The notes beneath the pieces are model-generated. The model was not told where the DNA came from and made no database searches. It saw only the letters and a list, made by a program, of their open reading frames with translations. From positions 362,018,001 through 362,082,000 of the forward strand of contig OZ024741.1 of assembly GCA_964016885.1 (NCBI GenBank): a stretch of 64,000 bases of DNA, written 5' to 3'. Origin of the DNA: Eledone cirrhosa (Eukaryota). The position numbers were made by a program, and so were the translations under genes. Every line of letters starts with the position of its first letter. Position 1 is the stretch's first letter. Positions 40,717 through 57,022 of this stretch are shown one piece after another.

Positions 40717-41290
40717 GAGATGTAGTAGGACAAAAGGTAAGCTAACGGAAAAGATAAACGTTATATGTGGCAGATGCTAAGGGGAAGTAAGCCCAAAGAA
40801 CACACGTAAAATAGATTCGCTTGGATGTCAGGCGAGGACTCTAGAAGTTGTGGACAGTTTTTGCTACCTAGTTGATCAAGTTAGTAGTAGGGGAGGATGC
40901 ACTGAAAGTGTGATAGCTAGGATAAGAACAGGATGGAAGAAGTTTAGAGATCTATTACCACTGCTAACAACAAAATGCTTTCCCCTCAGAATGAAGAGTA
41001 GACTGTATAATGCCTGTGTGTGAACTGCAATGTTTCATGGCAGTGAAACATGAGCCTTGACTACAGAAGTCCTGCGGAGGCTAGAAAGAAATGAGTTGAG
41101 TATACTCCGATGGATGTGCAATGTTAGTGTGCTTGAGCGACATAGCATAAGCAAACTGAGAGGAAAACTTGGCATAAGAGGAATTGGATGTAGTGTGCAA
41201 GAGAGAAGACTGTGTTGGTATGGAAGATGATGGTATGGAAGATGATGTGTATGGAAGATGGCAGCTGCATAAAGAAATACAGAGAAATAC
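40717..41290 (+). mobile_element. Decayed RTE-type LINE 3' coding fragment
   Basis: LEVVDSFCYL...ARIRTGWKKFRDLLPLL...GSET..LRRLERNE remnants with stops. Confidence 0.7.
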
Positions 41291-42965
41291 CAGTGGCATG
41301 GACCCGTGGTATATGCATCCCTCTCCAGGTCTGAATACAGAAGATTTCTTTCAGAGAAAGATAGAGAGTGAGAAAATGGAAGTGAGAAAGAGATATAGAG
41401 GAAGAATCGACTTCATTACTAGACTGGTACTTTTTATCGACCTTAAATGGATGAAAGGCAAAGTAGACCTCGGTGGGATTTGAACTCAGAGAGCCAGAAC
41501 GAATACCGCAAAGTTTTCTAGCTGACGTTATAACGGCTCTGCCAATTCGCCACTTTTGGAGCACTTTCTAGATGATAATTCAAAATGGGAGAGGAACTGA
41601 GAAAACCTGGGATTGCAAGGGGTGGAACGTGGCCTAGGTCTCTGAGAACCACAGGCCTAGACAGAACATTTAGCATTGGTTGTGCTATAGTGAATATTTT
41701 ATTAACTTAGGTGAAAGGACATTGTTCGTAACTTTTCTCGGGGCCTCTGAATGTGAGGGTGGAAAGTATCTTCAAACTGAAGGCTTGAACCGAATGCTTG
41801 CAACAGAGTGGACACTACTAAACGCACTTGAAACCCAGATAATGGTGTTAAACCGAGCGACCGATTCAACTAACTACCAATGAAAAGTACAGCGGGATTT
41901 GAACTTATAATGCAATAACCAGGACAAATACCATAAAGCATCTTATCCGACGCTCTAACGACTTGGCTAATATGCTCTCGAGACTGGCACGTTTTCTTTT
42001 ATTGACCCTGAAAGGTTGAAAGATAAAGTTGATTTCGGCAGGATTCGAACACAGGAGCCTCAAATCAAACTTGATCTTTTAGATCAGTCTAAGACGTTCC
42101 AGCGGTGATCATGAAGTCTTCTTGTTTTTCGAGCATAGTGTATCTGAGATGAAATTAGGCGTTTTCTCTTTCTAGGATGCGAATTACGAGAGATTTTGTC
42201 TATATTACAGCAGGCCGAGGTAGCACGTAGAGGTTCCTAAGATGCGTGCTGTTGTCATCGTCACCGTCGTTGTTGTTAGTGTTTAGCCCAGTTCCTGTCT
42301 ACTCAATTTCACTCACAAGGCATGGATCAACCCGAGGCTATGGTAAATGACACTTACCCAAAATTCCACACAAGGATCTATTGACTGTAAAGCGAACTTC
42401 TTAATTGTTCGGCCTTGCTGCATCCACTGTATTATAATATGTACAAGAAAAACCCAAATAGAAAAGAGATGCAGCCACGGTCAAGTAGTTTAACCCTTTA
42501 GCATTTAAACTGGTCATATCCGGCCAGAATTCTTTCACTTCTTTCTTTTCAAATCGGCTGTAACCGACCACTCATACTGATGTTAAGGTATTGTGACCAA
42601 AATAAATAATATCAAAATCTCATAGATTCGATTTTATGTGAGGTAAAGCCTTTACCGTGAAAATACAATAGTAAATGTAGAGTAATCTCAATGCTACAGT
42701 GTTAAAAGTTCTCTTCGCAGTCATAAGGCCTCATATTCCATCTCACTGCGTAGCATCTTTGGCAAGTGACTTTTACCAAGTCTTGTGAGTGAAATTGGGT
42801 TATGGGGAAAGTATTTGGAAGCCCGTTGGCTGGTTTGTACTTATAATCGAAAGATCCAGCTTTGTCTCATACTGTTTAAAGTTCATTCTGACTGTGAATT
42901 AACGTTAAGACCACGTGTATGTGTGGAATACTCAGGCACTTACTCGCTAATTTAAGAAGTGTGTA

Positions 42966-43185
42966 CAGGGTGACCACAAAAACACTTCTTGATTTCAAAT
43001 ACTTATAATATCAAAACTTACCTGCCGAACAGATAGATTGGCCATTCTGGACAATATGACCAGGTGTTTTGCAAGTTGCCTCCAAGATCGCACCACATGA
43101 AACTTTGTTAGTTTATGCGACTGTAGCCAGTTTTCTTTCATATTATAAGTATTTGAAATCAAGGAGTATTTTTGTGGTCACCCAG
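42966..43185. mobile_element. Tc1/mariner-type MITE
   Basis: ~45 bp TIRs starting CAGGGTGACCACAAAAA; TA on both flanks. Confidence 0.75.
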
Positions 43186-43242
43186 TAGTTCAATTGATGA
43201 AATGCTCGTCGTCGAAACCGATCGAGGATCCAGCATCATTAC

Positions 43243-43291
<49 letters not shown>

Positions 43292-43497
43292 GTCGTGATC
43301 AGAATGAGATCGGCCTGATACATTTAATATCAAACTTTTGGAACCAGTTTAGATGATCAAAAGCTCACCATTGAAACTGACGGAGGATTCACCATCACCA
43401 TCATCATCATCATCATCGTTATCCTCATCACCACCAAATTGTTGTCAAAATGTTCATCATCATCATCACCGTTTAACGTCCATTTTTCCACGCTAGC

Positions 43498-43564
<67 letters not shown>

Positions 43565-43619
43565 AGGAATATTAACATCACACGCCCCTTCCACACCATC
43601 TGCTATATTTCGGATCATG

Positions 43620-45957
43620 ACCCCCTTTGAAGTAAGGCCTAATTCCATCTTGCCCACAGGAGTCTCCAAAAGTCATCTGTATCAAGGAGCATTAACACTC
43701 AACTTTTGAAAACCCATGAGAAACAAACTGATCTCTGAATCAAACTGGACACAGCTCTCGACTTTGTTTTGATCCCTGAGGTCATTGACTCACCTTGAAA
43801 GGTTCTCCAGATTCCTACACACGCCGCACCCCTAGAAGTCATCGGACTACTTGTTCAGAAGCACTAAGGCTGATTTTATGATAACAACATCAAGATCCGG
43901 TTGTTAATCCAACCAACGCACAGTTCCTACATAGCGTGGATAAGAACTCACCAATCAAACAACAGGCATACAATAAGTGCAAGATCCAGCTTCAATGTGC
44001 TCTCAGGAAAATAAAAGAGGCTTGGTGGTCTGCAAAGGCTACTGAACTCCAAGTTGCAGATGGGAAAGACTCTAAGGCTTTCTATGATGGCCTGAGGAAG
44101 GTGAATGGTCCTCAGAGAGTGATGTCTTGCTGATTCTCTCATATGATGGCTGACACTGCTGACAGATAAATCGGATATTTTGAAAAGATGGAACGGGCAC
44201 TTTAAAACCGTATTGAACTCCACCTGTCATTGATGACGTCATCAGAGCACTCATTTCCCAACATCCTGAAATGTCTTTTGAACCAACACTGCAAGAAGTG
44301 AAGGACTCTATCAAGCAAATTTCTTGCGATAAAGCACCTGGCAGAGATGCTATTCCGTCAGAGATTTATAAGCTCCTCGGGACTACAAAGACGCATCCAT
44401 CAAACATATCTACAAGAACAAAGGGAAGAAGAGTGTATTTGATAACCATTCGTGGGATATATATCACTTCTGTCAGTTGCTGGTAAAATCCTAGCCAGGC
44501 TGATACTCAATAGGAACATCAAATTTATCATCAATGACATTTACCCTGAATCGCAGTGTGGCTTCCGTTCAAGCCGTGGCAAAATTGACATGATCTTTTC
44601 TCTTCGTCAAGTTGCTGAAAAGGTCCGTGAAGGAAATCAGGAACTGTATATGGTGTTCGTAGATCGGGAAGCTTCCTAGAAAGTTCTAAACAAACTTGGG
44701 ATACTTGATAAGATGCTTAACATCCATGAGGGGGATGAAAGCTGCTGTTTTATCTGATAGGGAGTTGTCGGATTCCTTTGAGGTGACAGTTCTGTTTGCA
44801 CTATTCGTCTCAGTGATACTGAAATATGCCTTTGGTAAAAAAGACAGGCGTTAGATTCCAATTTCAAAGTAGTGACGAACTTTTCAGCTATGAACTATTC
44901 AAAACTAAGACGCATCTAGCATCATTGTAGATGCTGCTGCTCTTGTAGCAAAATATTTAGAGGAAGCCCAGGAACACATAAACGGTTTTTCTGTAGCAAG
45001 TAAAGCCTTCATGTTTACCATCAGCATAAAGAAAACAGCCATGCTCTATGCCCAAACAAATACAAGGTGTCAAACAAAAACCACCAGTTCTTCAGTTTCC
45101 AGACGCCCCTATAAAGATCCATGATAAGAATCTCAAATTTGTGAAATCGTACACATATCTTGGTAGTAAAGTGAACTCAAATGCATCTCTGGATGACGAG
45201 ATAATGAATCGTATATGGAAAGCCACGAGTGCATTTGACAAACTTCGTCATCGCCTTTGGAATCAGAGGGGCATAAAACTAGACATCAAGGTACAGGTTT
45301 ATAAAGCTGTTGTACTGACTACACTTTTACATGGATCAGAATCTTGGACTCTATGTAGTTTCACACATCAACCAACTAGATGTCTTTCATAAAGGTAGTC
45401 TTCGCGTTGTCAGTGAGTATACACTCGAAGACAAAATATCTAACGCTGACCTCATCACTAAGTGCACGATTGAAGGCATTGAAACCTTTCTAATGAAGTC
45501 ACAATTACGCTGGGCTAGTCATGTCATCAGAATGAGCAACAGAAAAATATCAAAAGTCCTCATGTATAGTCAGCTTGATAGTGGATATAGAAATGTTAGA
45601 TGGCCATGGCTCAGCTACAAAGACAAACTGAACTACTGTAATCTTTCAGCAACCAATATACCTTATGAGACATTTGAGTAATTGGCCTTGGAGCGGAGGA
45701 ACTGGAGATCGGTGTGTCATAATGGGATCAGGAACTTCAAGTCTGGTTGTATCCATAGGCTACAAGAAGCCAAACGGAGGAGAAAGGCATTATCAAACAT
45801 ACTAGCAACATTATCCAGTAAACCTCACTCTTGCATAATCTGTGGACTTGCTTGCAAATACTTGTCAGGTCTAAAATGTCATGCCCGACATAAACATCGA
45901 ACCTGAATAGGTTGTTCGGATCCTCTTACATCGAAATCAACAGGAGAATCCATCACA
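43620..45957 (+). mobile_element. Heavily decayed RTE/BovB-type LINE
   Basis: KAPGRDAIP, ISLLSVAGK, PESQCGFR, LRWASHV and CIICG..H remnants across many frames. Confidence 0.85.
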
Positions 45958-46364
45958 AGAAAGAGAGAGGTGGAAAGTAGTGTACAGTGACTCAATAACT
46001 AATACTATGTTTGCCACCAAATTGTTTCGGTTTTTTGTTTTTTCAATTAGTAATTAATTTAAGAATAATTACTTCATCATTGTCGCCGCCGCCTTCACCA
46101 CATCACCATCATCATTACCATGATTCTTTTATACAACACCGCTTATTTTAAAATGTTTATTTATATTTATCAAAAGAACTTCCATCACAATTTTATGTAA
46201 GAGCCAGTGTTATGTTCCAAACACCAGCTTGATAATAAGAAAGTCAGTTATGTTACTAAGTCCCTCCAAATTCTTGATTACTTTGAACATGATAGACAGT
46301 GTCTTTCATTAGAAATATTGTTGTTGGATCTCCGTCGGACCTGACGACGAATGTTCCAGTTATT

Positions 46365-47757
46365 TCACTGAATCTCACTCAGCACATTGAAGATGGGTTT
46401 CAGAAAGGACTGGTAACAGGAGCCGTCTTTGTTGATCAGGCGGCCGCATACGACACTGTGAACCATCGCCTCCTCCTGAAAAAGATCTTGGAGCTGACAA
46501 AAGACCTGGCACTCACAGACCTCATTGGAGCCCTCTTGAAAGACAGGCGCTTCTATGTTACCCTGAACAACAAGCAAAGTCGTTGGCGACGACAAAGGAA
46601 CGGCTTACCTCAAAGGAGTATGATGGCTCCACTACTATATAACATCTACACCAATGACCAGCCAATGGAGCAGAACACTGAGCGGTTCATCTACGCTGAC
46701 GACCTCTGTGTTACATCCCAAGAGAGTACGTTCGAAGCAGTAGAAGCAAACCTCAACTCAGCCCTGGATGAGCTACTCCTCTACTACGAGAGCAACCACC
46801 TGCACGCAAACCCTGCGAAGACTCAAGCCTGCTCGTTCGATCTCAGGAACCAGGAAGCCAACCGACCTCTTAACATCACATGGTCAGGAACACCACTTGA
46901 GAACTGCACCAATCCTGTCTACCTTGGCGTAACCCTGGACCACACCCTCTCATTCAAGGAACACATCAAAAACACCAAATTGAAAGTCAGCTCCCGGAAC
47001 AACATCCTACGGAAACTGACCAACTCCAAATGGGGAGCCACAGCACACACACTAAGATGTACTGCCTTGGCCCTGTGTTATTTCTCTGCGGAGTACGCGT
47101 GTCCTGTTTGGGAGAGATCAACCCATGCCAGTAAACTAGACCCAGCGTTGAACAACACCTGCCGTTTGATCACTGGTTGCCTGAAGCCTACCAACCCGAA
47201 CAACCTGCATCTCGTCGGTGGCATTGCCCCTGCAGATGTGAGACGGGAAGTTGCCAGCTGAGTAGAGATCACAAAGGCTATCAGTGATGAACGCCACCTC
47301 CTTCACGGACGTGAACCTCCGGCCCAACGGCTGAAGTCAAGGAGAAGCTTCCTCAGCCATGTCCAGCCCCTAACAGCATCTCAGGAAGAAACCAGACTAC
47401 AGCTATGGACTAGAAAGCTAGAGAATGACTCCCCTCCTATTGAAATGGGAATCCCCCCTTCTGAAGACCTCCCTCCTGGCTCAGAAGCACCATGGGTCCA
47501 GTGGAAGACACTCTACCGCCTGAGAACAGGAATGGGGCGATCAAAAGCTGGTATGGCCAGATGGGGCTACAAGACCAGCCCAACCATCTGCGAATGTGGA
47601 GAGGAGGACCAAACGATGCAGCACTGCCTTGTTTGCCCTCTACTACCCAACCAGTGCAGCTTAAAAGATCTCGCAGAATTTAATAATAATGCAAAGGACT
47701 GTGTAATGAAATGGGAAACTGTCATATAACCACATGTTTCGAAGATACAAAAAGAAG
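46365..47757 (+). mobile_element. 5'-truncated Vingi/Ingi-type LINE
   Basis: LTQHIEDGF, AAYDTVNH, NIYTNDQP, YADD, KWGA, AEYACPVW and RLRTG..CECG motifs; premature stop at 47259. Confidence 0.8.
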
Positions 47758-48685
47758 AAGAATGAATGGAACAGCCTGCACAGGAAATTACAGTGCAAAT
47801 GGCGTAATTCTCAGGGAGATTCTGCATGATACTGTGTTTACAAAGTTGGCCCTCTGAATCACAGATACAATTCATTTTTCCTATCTGAGAGGATTGGAAG
47901 AACGTTAAATAAACTGACCCACTCAAGAACAAAACGTGCTGTCGGTAATCTTTACCGTTTTTATGCTTATTTTGCCTCCCCTATTTAATATTCTTTTATT
48001 TTAATACTTATATTCAGTCATTTCAGTCTATTTTGCTTTTCGTTTCTCAACTGTAGGAAGTACGATATACTTGTCATAGTCTGTCATAGCTTACTAGCTT
48101 TTTACGGGCGTTTACATTGATTAAATAAATAAACGCTAAACCACACGTTTTCACAGAAATATAGTTACGAAAGGGTTAATGTCAACTTCATTACAGGCTG
48201 ATCAGAAATGGGGCGAATATTTAATAAACCTGCCTGTTGGTGGATCTCATGATAGTATGAGAACTTGAGAGAGGGGGGGGGGGGTCGTGCTGATAGTTTT
48301 CTTAAAGCTATCACTAGTCTCAGACTCCTGTAGAGACTTTAGCGGGAACCGGGCGTGGGTGGGAAAGATTCGAGAGGAAGCTTATGAGATTTCCAGCTTC
48401 TGGCAATAAATTTGAACATAAGGCAGAAGGTGGACGATTACAAGAACCACCGTACTTAAACTAGGCATACAAATCTGAGTTGGTGTGAGTAACAAGTTGT
48501 ATGTATATATGCAGGCGTACGTGCATGTGCGCCTCTGCTTTGTCTATATTTACACATACACATATATACATATATAATATAATTGTTTCTACTTTTTGGC
48601 ACAAGGCCAGCAATTACCCAGTGCATTACTGGTACTTTATTTTATCGACCCCGTAAGGATGAAAGGCAAAGTCAATGCAAGATAA

Positions 48686-48739
48686 AAAGACAAACACAAA
48701 GATAGAATTACACAAAATCTTATTAGTTCAGCGCTTGTT

Positions 48740-48815
<76 letters not shown>

Positions 48816-48870
48816 CTAACAAGCGCCGAACTAATAAGATTTTGTGTAATTCTATCTTTGTGTTTGTCTT
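48686..48870. repeat. Inverted repeat (~55 bp arms) flanking (TA)n
   Basis: AGACAAACACAAAGATAGAATTAC... and its reverse complement. Confidence 0.8.
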
Positions 48871-49070
48871 ATATATATATATGTATATATATCGGGAGGT
48901 TATATCCGTAGTAAGTAGAGCACTCAGTCCATAGGACGAGTTCGGTATAGAGTTAGTTCCACAACAAATTAGCAAACCATACTCGAGGATCCGTGTTTCT
49001 CGAGTTGAGAATCCGTTGAGTGAAACTCACGACCCCGAGAATGGTTTGCTAATTCGTTGTGGAACTAACT

Positions 49071-49207
<137 letters not shown>

Positions 49208-49216
49208 GGCATATAT

Positions 49217-49256
<40 letters not shown>

Positions 49257-49283
49257 TAGTGTGTGTGTGTGTCTTCCACTTAC

Positions 49284-49425
49284 CGGTAAAATATTTAATT
49301 TCATTCCGAATTTTGATCCTTTCGCTAATTTCTTGCTCTTCTTCAATCTCCTGGAAGATAGCCGCTCCAATACAGAGGTAAATAACAACAGCAAGCACCA
49401 AGAAGGCCAAATATTTACATTCCAT
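49284..49425 (-). CDS. First coding exon of a two-pore-domain potassium channel (K2P/KCNK, TREK/TALK-like)
   Basis: [32 protein letters not shown]... fits the K2P M1 pattern YLxxGAxxFxxxE plus cap helix. Strong Kozak context ACAATGG; phase-1 donor G|GTAAG at 49284/49283. Confidence 0.8.
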
Positions 49426-50343
49426 TGTGTATTCCAGGCCACCGAAGTGTGTGAAATAAAGAATATAAAGGCAGCCCAGCAAGACAGCAGCATCCACTCC
49501 AGATATTGGTAAACGATGCTGCTGCTTATTTTCAGCAGGGCACTCACTAAGTTATTATTCTTCTGAAGATTTTTCTCTCCAGTTTTAGGATGTCGTTATC
49601 GTCGTAGTCGTCACCGCTTTCTTTAAACTCTTATCTGACATACACAATTTGTCATGTTCGTCAAGTTAAATAGGCTCATAAGATTCTTATAAACACACTT
49701 TAGCAGAGATCACCTCCTTAAAGTGTCATTCATTTCAATTATAAATAATTCAAGGGTTTTCTCAGGAATCCATGTTTTAACTCATACTTTGTTTTTCTTA
49801 TGATTTTTTTTTGTTGTTTACGGAACAGAGCATAATTTTTCACAATAGTTTGTAATTTCACGAAATTTTGAAAAAATAAAAAAATGCGTTATTTCTCTAT
49901 TCCTTCACACCTTTAATCCTTTTTCCTGTACGTTTTTTATCGTTTTGTTTGTCTTTATTTATTTTCCATTCTTGTTTATTTATTACTTTATAACTTTACA
50001 TTAGCGTTTGGTCCCTTCTAGTTTTTTTCTCTCTGTAAGTTTGTAATAATTAATCATGCAATTCTTAAGAAGTACTATTATCGATAAAATAAAGTATTTT
50101 AGGCCTTGAGCCTAAAGTAGAAACAATTATTTATTATTAATAATAATAATATTATTAATGATGATACAATTATTATTATTAATAGTAGTAGTAATAGAGA
50201 AACTCTAATCCAGTTTATGAATTAACTGTAAAAGTTTTCACGTTTACTCTATCTATAAAAAGGTTGAGAAACTGAGAAACATCTATATATATACTGTATA
50301 TGTATATCTTTCTAAATTTGTCAACCACATTTCGTGACACACA

Positions 50344-50387
<44 letters not shown>

Positions 50388-50989
50388 CCTCGGAGTACTC
50401 TTACCTTTCTCTCTATCTCTCTACACAGACACACCACTTTCTCATTCTCTCTCCACCCCTCTCTCTCTCTCTCTTTCACACACACTCTATCTCTCATAAA
50501 CACATAAACATATCAGAGAGCTCCGTTCTTTCTATCTCTCTACACAATGAGAGAAACACATCTCACAGTAATACTCTGTCAGTCTCTCTATATTTCTTAT
50601 ATCTCTCTCAAGTCTCACACTAACTTTTTCTTACACTCTGTCTTTCCCACTCTCTTTCTCTCACACACACATTCACACACCTCTCGGCAACGCTTACTCA
50701 CTCCCTCTCTTTCCTTCACACACTGTAGAAACTCACATATACTGAGAACACGCACATAAACACACATACACACATATAAACACACACACACAGAAACACA
50801 CACACACACACTCACACTGTTAGTATGGTGTAACTTTCCACTGTTAAAACCTTCGCTTTTCTTTATATGATTCTCTCTCTATCTATTGCCGTCTGTCCCC
50901 ACCCTCTCTAGTTTGATATTTCTGGGTCGGGAGACGGACGTTTTTACATGTGTAGAAATTTCTCTTTTCTTTTCATTTTTTATTTTATT

Positions 50990-51370
50990 TTAAAATAATT
51001 GTTTCTACTTTTGGCACAAGTCCAACAATTACAACAGTGCATTACTGGTACTTTATTTTATCGACCCCGTAAGGATGAAAGGCAAAGTTAAATAATAATT
51101 GTTTCTACGTTAGGCACAAGGCCAGCAATTACCCAGTGTATTACTGGTACTTTATTTTATCGACCCTGTAAGGATGAAAGGCAAAGTTAACCTCGGCGGG
51201 ATTTGAACTCAGAATGGCAAGGGCCGTAACTCTATGCGTCAAAGCATGGCGTCCGACCCTCTACCAATACTGCCAATCCACTGCAAAGTTAAATAATAAT
51301 TGTTTCTACGTTAGGTACAAGGCCAGCAATTAATCAGTGCATTACTGGTACTTTATTTTATCGACCCCGT
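50990..51370 (-). mobile_element. Tandem tRNA-derived SINE copies and fragments
   Basis: Reverse complement of 51680-51870. Other fragments at ~13110, ~41400, ~48580 and ~55250. Confidence 0.75.
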
Positions 51371-51679
51371 TAAATAATAATGATTTCTAACAACATCAAC
51401 AACAACAACGACGACAATAACAATAACAACAGCAGTAATAACAAATATAACAACACTAATCATTGTGATAAACTGAATATGACAGCTAGTTAGTCCAACT
51501 TTATTTGCATAGCAAGCTCGTGTCTCCAGTATTGGTGTTGTTGATGGTGTCGTCGTCGTCGTCGTGGTCGTCGTGGTCGTTGTTGTTGTTGTTGTTGGTG
51601 GTGGCGGTGGTGGCGTTGTTGTTGGTGTTGATATTTGTGGTGGTTGTGTAGGTATTGTTGGTGTTATTGTTTGTGATAA

Positions 51680-51870
51680 GGCGGTGAATTGGCAGTATCG
51701 GTAGAGGGTCGAACGCCATGCTTTGACGTATAGAGTTACGGCCCTTGCCATTCTGAGTTCAAATCCCGCCAAGGTTAACTTTGCCTTTCATCTTTACGGG
51801 GTCGATAAAATAAAGTACCAGTAATGTACTGGATAATTGCTGGCCTTGTGCCTAACGTAGAAACAATTAT
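51680..51870 (+). mobile_element. Full-length tRNA-derived SINE
   Basis: A-box-like TGGCAGTATCGG, B-box GAGTTCAAATCC, central GCCTTTCATC...GGGGTCGATAAAATAAAGTACCAG, and a TTA-type tail. Confidence 0.8.
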
Positions 51871-52827
51871 TGTTTGTGATACTGCTGATGTTGGTGGTGG
51901 TTGTAATTGTGCTGTTGGCGGTGATACTGGTGGTGGTTGTGTTGTTGTTCGTGGTTATGTTTGTGTTGTTATTTAACACTAGGTCAACCCTCATCGAGCA
52001 GACATATGATCAAAGACTTATTTGTCATGGATTGGGGCGTCTAAACAGCATTACAGCACCCCACTCCACCGGAGTCTCTACATACACAACCACAGCATAC
52101 ATAGATTAACTCTTGGGCCCCTTGACGCGGTGGGACCGCGGGAAATATTTCTGAATGCCGCGCCTTATGACGGACAGAGCCCGCGCTTATGTATTTAATG
52201 CCCTAAGCTGTACAATATGCGTCCCTTCTCTTTGGTCAATTTTGTTATAGTGATTAGTTTAGTTGTTATTATCAACCAAGATATAAAAAAAAATTCGATA
52301 TGCGATAAACATAACATGTACATAAATTGTAGAGCATATATAAATAGATGTGTGTTTTGGTAGTTTGGGGAGAAAAATATAATTATTGGGGTGAGCCCCC
52401 CCCCCCCTTTCCATCGCCCATGGTTTGGTAAGCTGAGTAACTTAGTTTTTGACACTTCTTGTTTTGACCACACAAAATTTTTTTTAAATACTTCATTTTT
52501 CACTAGATAGACCACACTCACGAACTCATGTCACCCGTCACACGTCACTCTTACCTCTTTATTAACACAATGTTAGGCAAATTGATTTGTTGATCTCAGA
52601 AAATTATCAAATATTTAATTTAATTATACAAATTTGTTTAAAACTGTGAACCTTTAAGGTTGGGTAATGCACCCCTCCGTGGTCTGCGCCCTAGGCGGTT
52701 ACCTTGTTAACTTTAATGGGAGCACCAGCACTGCCCCCCCCCCACCGAATAAATTCTCAGTGTACTCATGCCTTAAGACGGCACTGATGGGGATAGGTGT
52801 TTAGGACTACTCCAACATTATCAAATG

Positions 52828-53066
52828 CAGGCATGGAAAACATGCGGCCCTTTACAAGCACACCTGCGGCCCGCACAAAGGTTTTTACTGCGCGAGCATG
52901 TTTTATCTTCGTAATATAAAATTAAAAATATTAGTTGTAATGTACACAATTAGTTGTAATGTGCACAATTAGTTGTCATGTGCACAATTAGTTGTCATGT
53001 GTGGCCCTCAGACAACACATATGTGACCCATGTGGCCCTCGGGGGACCCTCAGTTTGACATGCCTG
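52828..53066. mobile_element. hAT-type MITE
   Basis: CAGGCATG...CATGCCTG termini; 8-bp flanks ATCAAATG/ATCTAATG; internal ~19 bp tandem repeat. Confidence 0.7.
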
Positions 53067-53774
53067 ATCTAATGTGCACCCTTCCCTATTTTAAGACGAC
53101 ATAATGTGATTTGAGACAGGTTTGGCAGCTGTTTCTAATATACGCAGTGAATTGGTAGAAGCGCTAGAGCATCGAACAAAATGTTTTGCGATATTTATTC
53201 CGGCACCTCACGTTTAGAGTTCAAACCTCGCCGAAGTCAACTTTGCCTTTTATCTTTCCGGGATTGATTAATAAAATACGGGTCTAGGATGGCGGCCTGC
53301 CGGGGTTGTGAGGGCAATTGATAGGATGTCTTGTGGTGCTTGTTCTGGCAGTTGGCTACTTGAGTTCTAATCCTACCGTGGACCACATGATTCAGGGCTG
53401 TCGCTATCTTTAGGTCAACTAGGCAGCCGGCTAGAGGGCAGACCTCAGAGAAGCACATAACTGAACCTTATCATAGCGATGATGATTAAAATGATGACGA
53501 CGATAATGATGATGATGATGATGATGATAATGACGATGAACGTGACGATGATGATGTTGATGATAATAATGATGATGACTACGTCAACTGCAACTAGGGC
53601 CACAACTATGATGATAACGGTGATGGTGATGGTGATGATGGCGGCGGTGGAGGCGATGAAGTAATTATTCTCGAGCGATTGTGAATTAATTACTAATTGG
53701 AAAAAAACAACGAAACAATTTGGTGGCAAATACACTATGAGTTATTGAGTTATTGTACAACACTTCCTACCTCT

Positions 53775-55558
<1,784 letters not shown>

Positions 55559-55900
55559 GAGATTGGAAATAGCACGAAAAATATATTTAAGGGTCTGTTT
55601 CTTTTTTTTCCTTTCTTTGATTCGTCAAAGTGACATTATTGAAAAAAATGAGAGGGACAATTCTTTTAAAAAAGAGTTTCATAATATATATAAAGTATAT
55701 AAAGTATTACCGGTTTCGATGTATTAGTAAAATTCATCTTATCAAATGTTGAGTATTACAATTAAAAAGAATTAATAAGAATTAAAAACTAAAAATTAAA
55801 GATTTAAAATTAAGTGTTGAGGTAAGTTTGCCAGTTTGAGACGGAGACTGGAAAATGAACTCTTGAAAATGAACACACACATATATATATATGTGTGCGT

Positions 55901-55968
<68 letters not shown>

Positions 55969-56272
55969 AAATATGGATGCAGTAAAAATCTGTTTAGACC
56001 ATTACTCACCAGCGTACTCGATAATTGGGGTTGTAGAGTATGGTAATATGAAAGAGTCGGGACCCCCATTTCAACAGCTAGTTCCTGGAACTTGCTGTTG
56101 AAACTTCATTATAAGATTAAACATTAAACGCCTCCGGGAGATTAATAAAAACAACCAGCATGAACCAGGGCATGTATCTAACTCCACTATTAGAATAACT
56201 AACTGATCATCTTCCCAACCCTTCACATCGGGCAGGCATAAGCCCAAACATTTTGATGGATCGAACAACATA

Positions 56273-56389
56273 CCGTATTTCCCGGCGCCGAAGAAATAAT
56301 AAATAACCTTCGGCCTCCAGGACGCATGTAGATTTTTGAGACTTATTTTAATTTTAAAAAGTAGCGTCTTCGAATGCCAGGAAATACAG
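56273..56389. mobile_element. pogo/Tigger-like MITE
   Basis: TA|CCGTATTTCC...GGAAATACAG|TA. Confidence 0.6.
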
Positions 56390-56504
56390 TATGTGCGAAT
56401 CTAACCCAACCTCCCCATATCTCAAATGCCACTCAAAATGCAAGAACAAATGATGACCCATACACTTTGCATGGACATACTACAGGCAATCTAATAAATG
56501 CGAA

Positions 56505-57022
56505 GTAATTCGAAGTCTTAGGTTCTTCCGCGCTGTTCGGCGCATCGAGCATTAAGTAGTCGCCAACGATCACGATAAGAGGCGGCTTTTTCTCGTCCGT
56601 GCCAAGTGATGCTGGCTGCCATCAGGTCTTTTCGGAACGTTCGTCGCCAGGTGATCCTGGGGCAACCCCATCTCCGTTTACCGCCATGTGGAGTCCAGTT
56701 CATCGCCGTTTTCGAGCGTCGTTTGTCGGGCAGGCGCAGAATACGGCCAGCCAGGCGGCACCGGCGCTCCGTGACCATCCTCTGTAGCGTCCACGACTCG
56801 ACTCTCCGCTGGATTTCCTCGTTTCGCACTCGGTCACGCCAGGACACACGAAGGATCATTTGTAGGCACCACTGGTGGAAAGCGTTCAGTCGTCTCTCTA
56901 TCTTTTCCGTGCTCTTCCAGGTTTCGCTCGCACAAAATACTGTCTGCAGCACGATGCTCTTGTACAGGCGCAGCTTGATCCTGGTGTTGATGCATGAAGA
57001 CGACCAGACTGGGTGCATCCGC
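56505..57022 (-). mobile_element. RTE-type LINE 3' fragment
   Basis: KLRLYKSIV...SETW...LNAFHQWCL..ILRVSWRDRVRNEE...DRWR. Confidence 0.8.

Noticed and set aside
42490-48179. Single piggyBac element bounded by TTAACCCTTT...AAAGGGTTAA
   Set aside because: The terminal similarity does not extend beyond a few bases and no transposase was seen.
49426-49497. N-terminal extension of the K2P exon (MDAAV...)
   Set aside because: The listed start is GTG, not ATG; the ATG at 49425 has a strong Kozak context and fits the family pattern.
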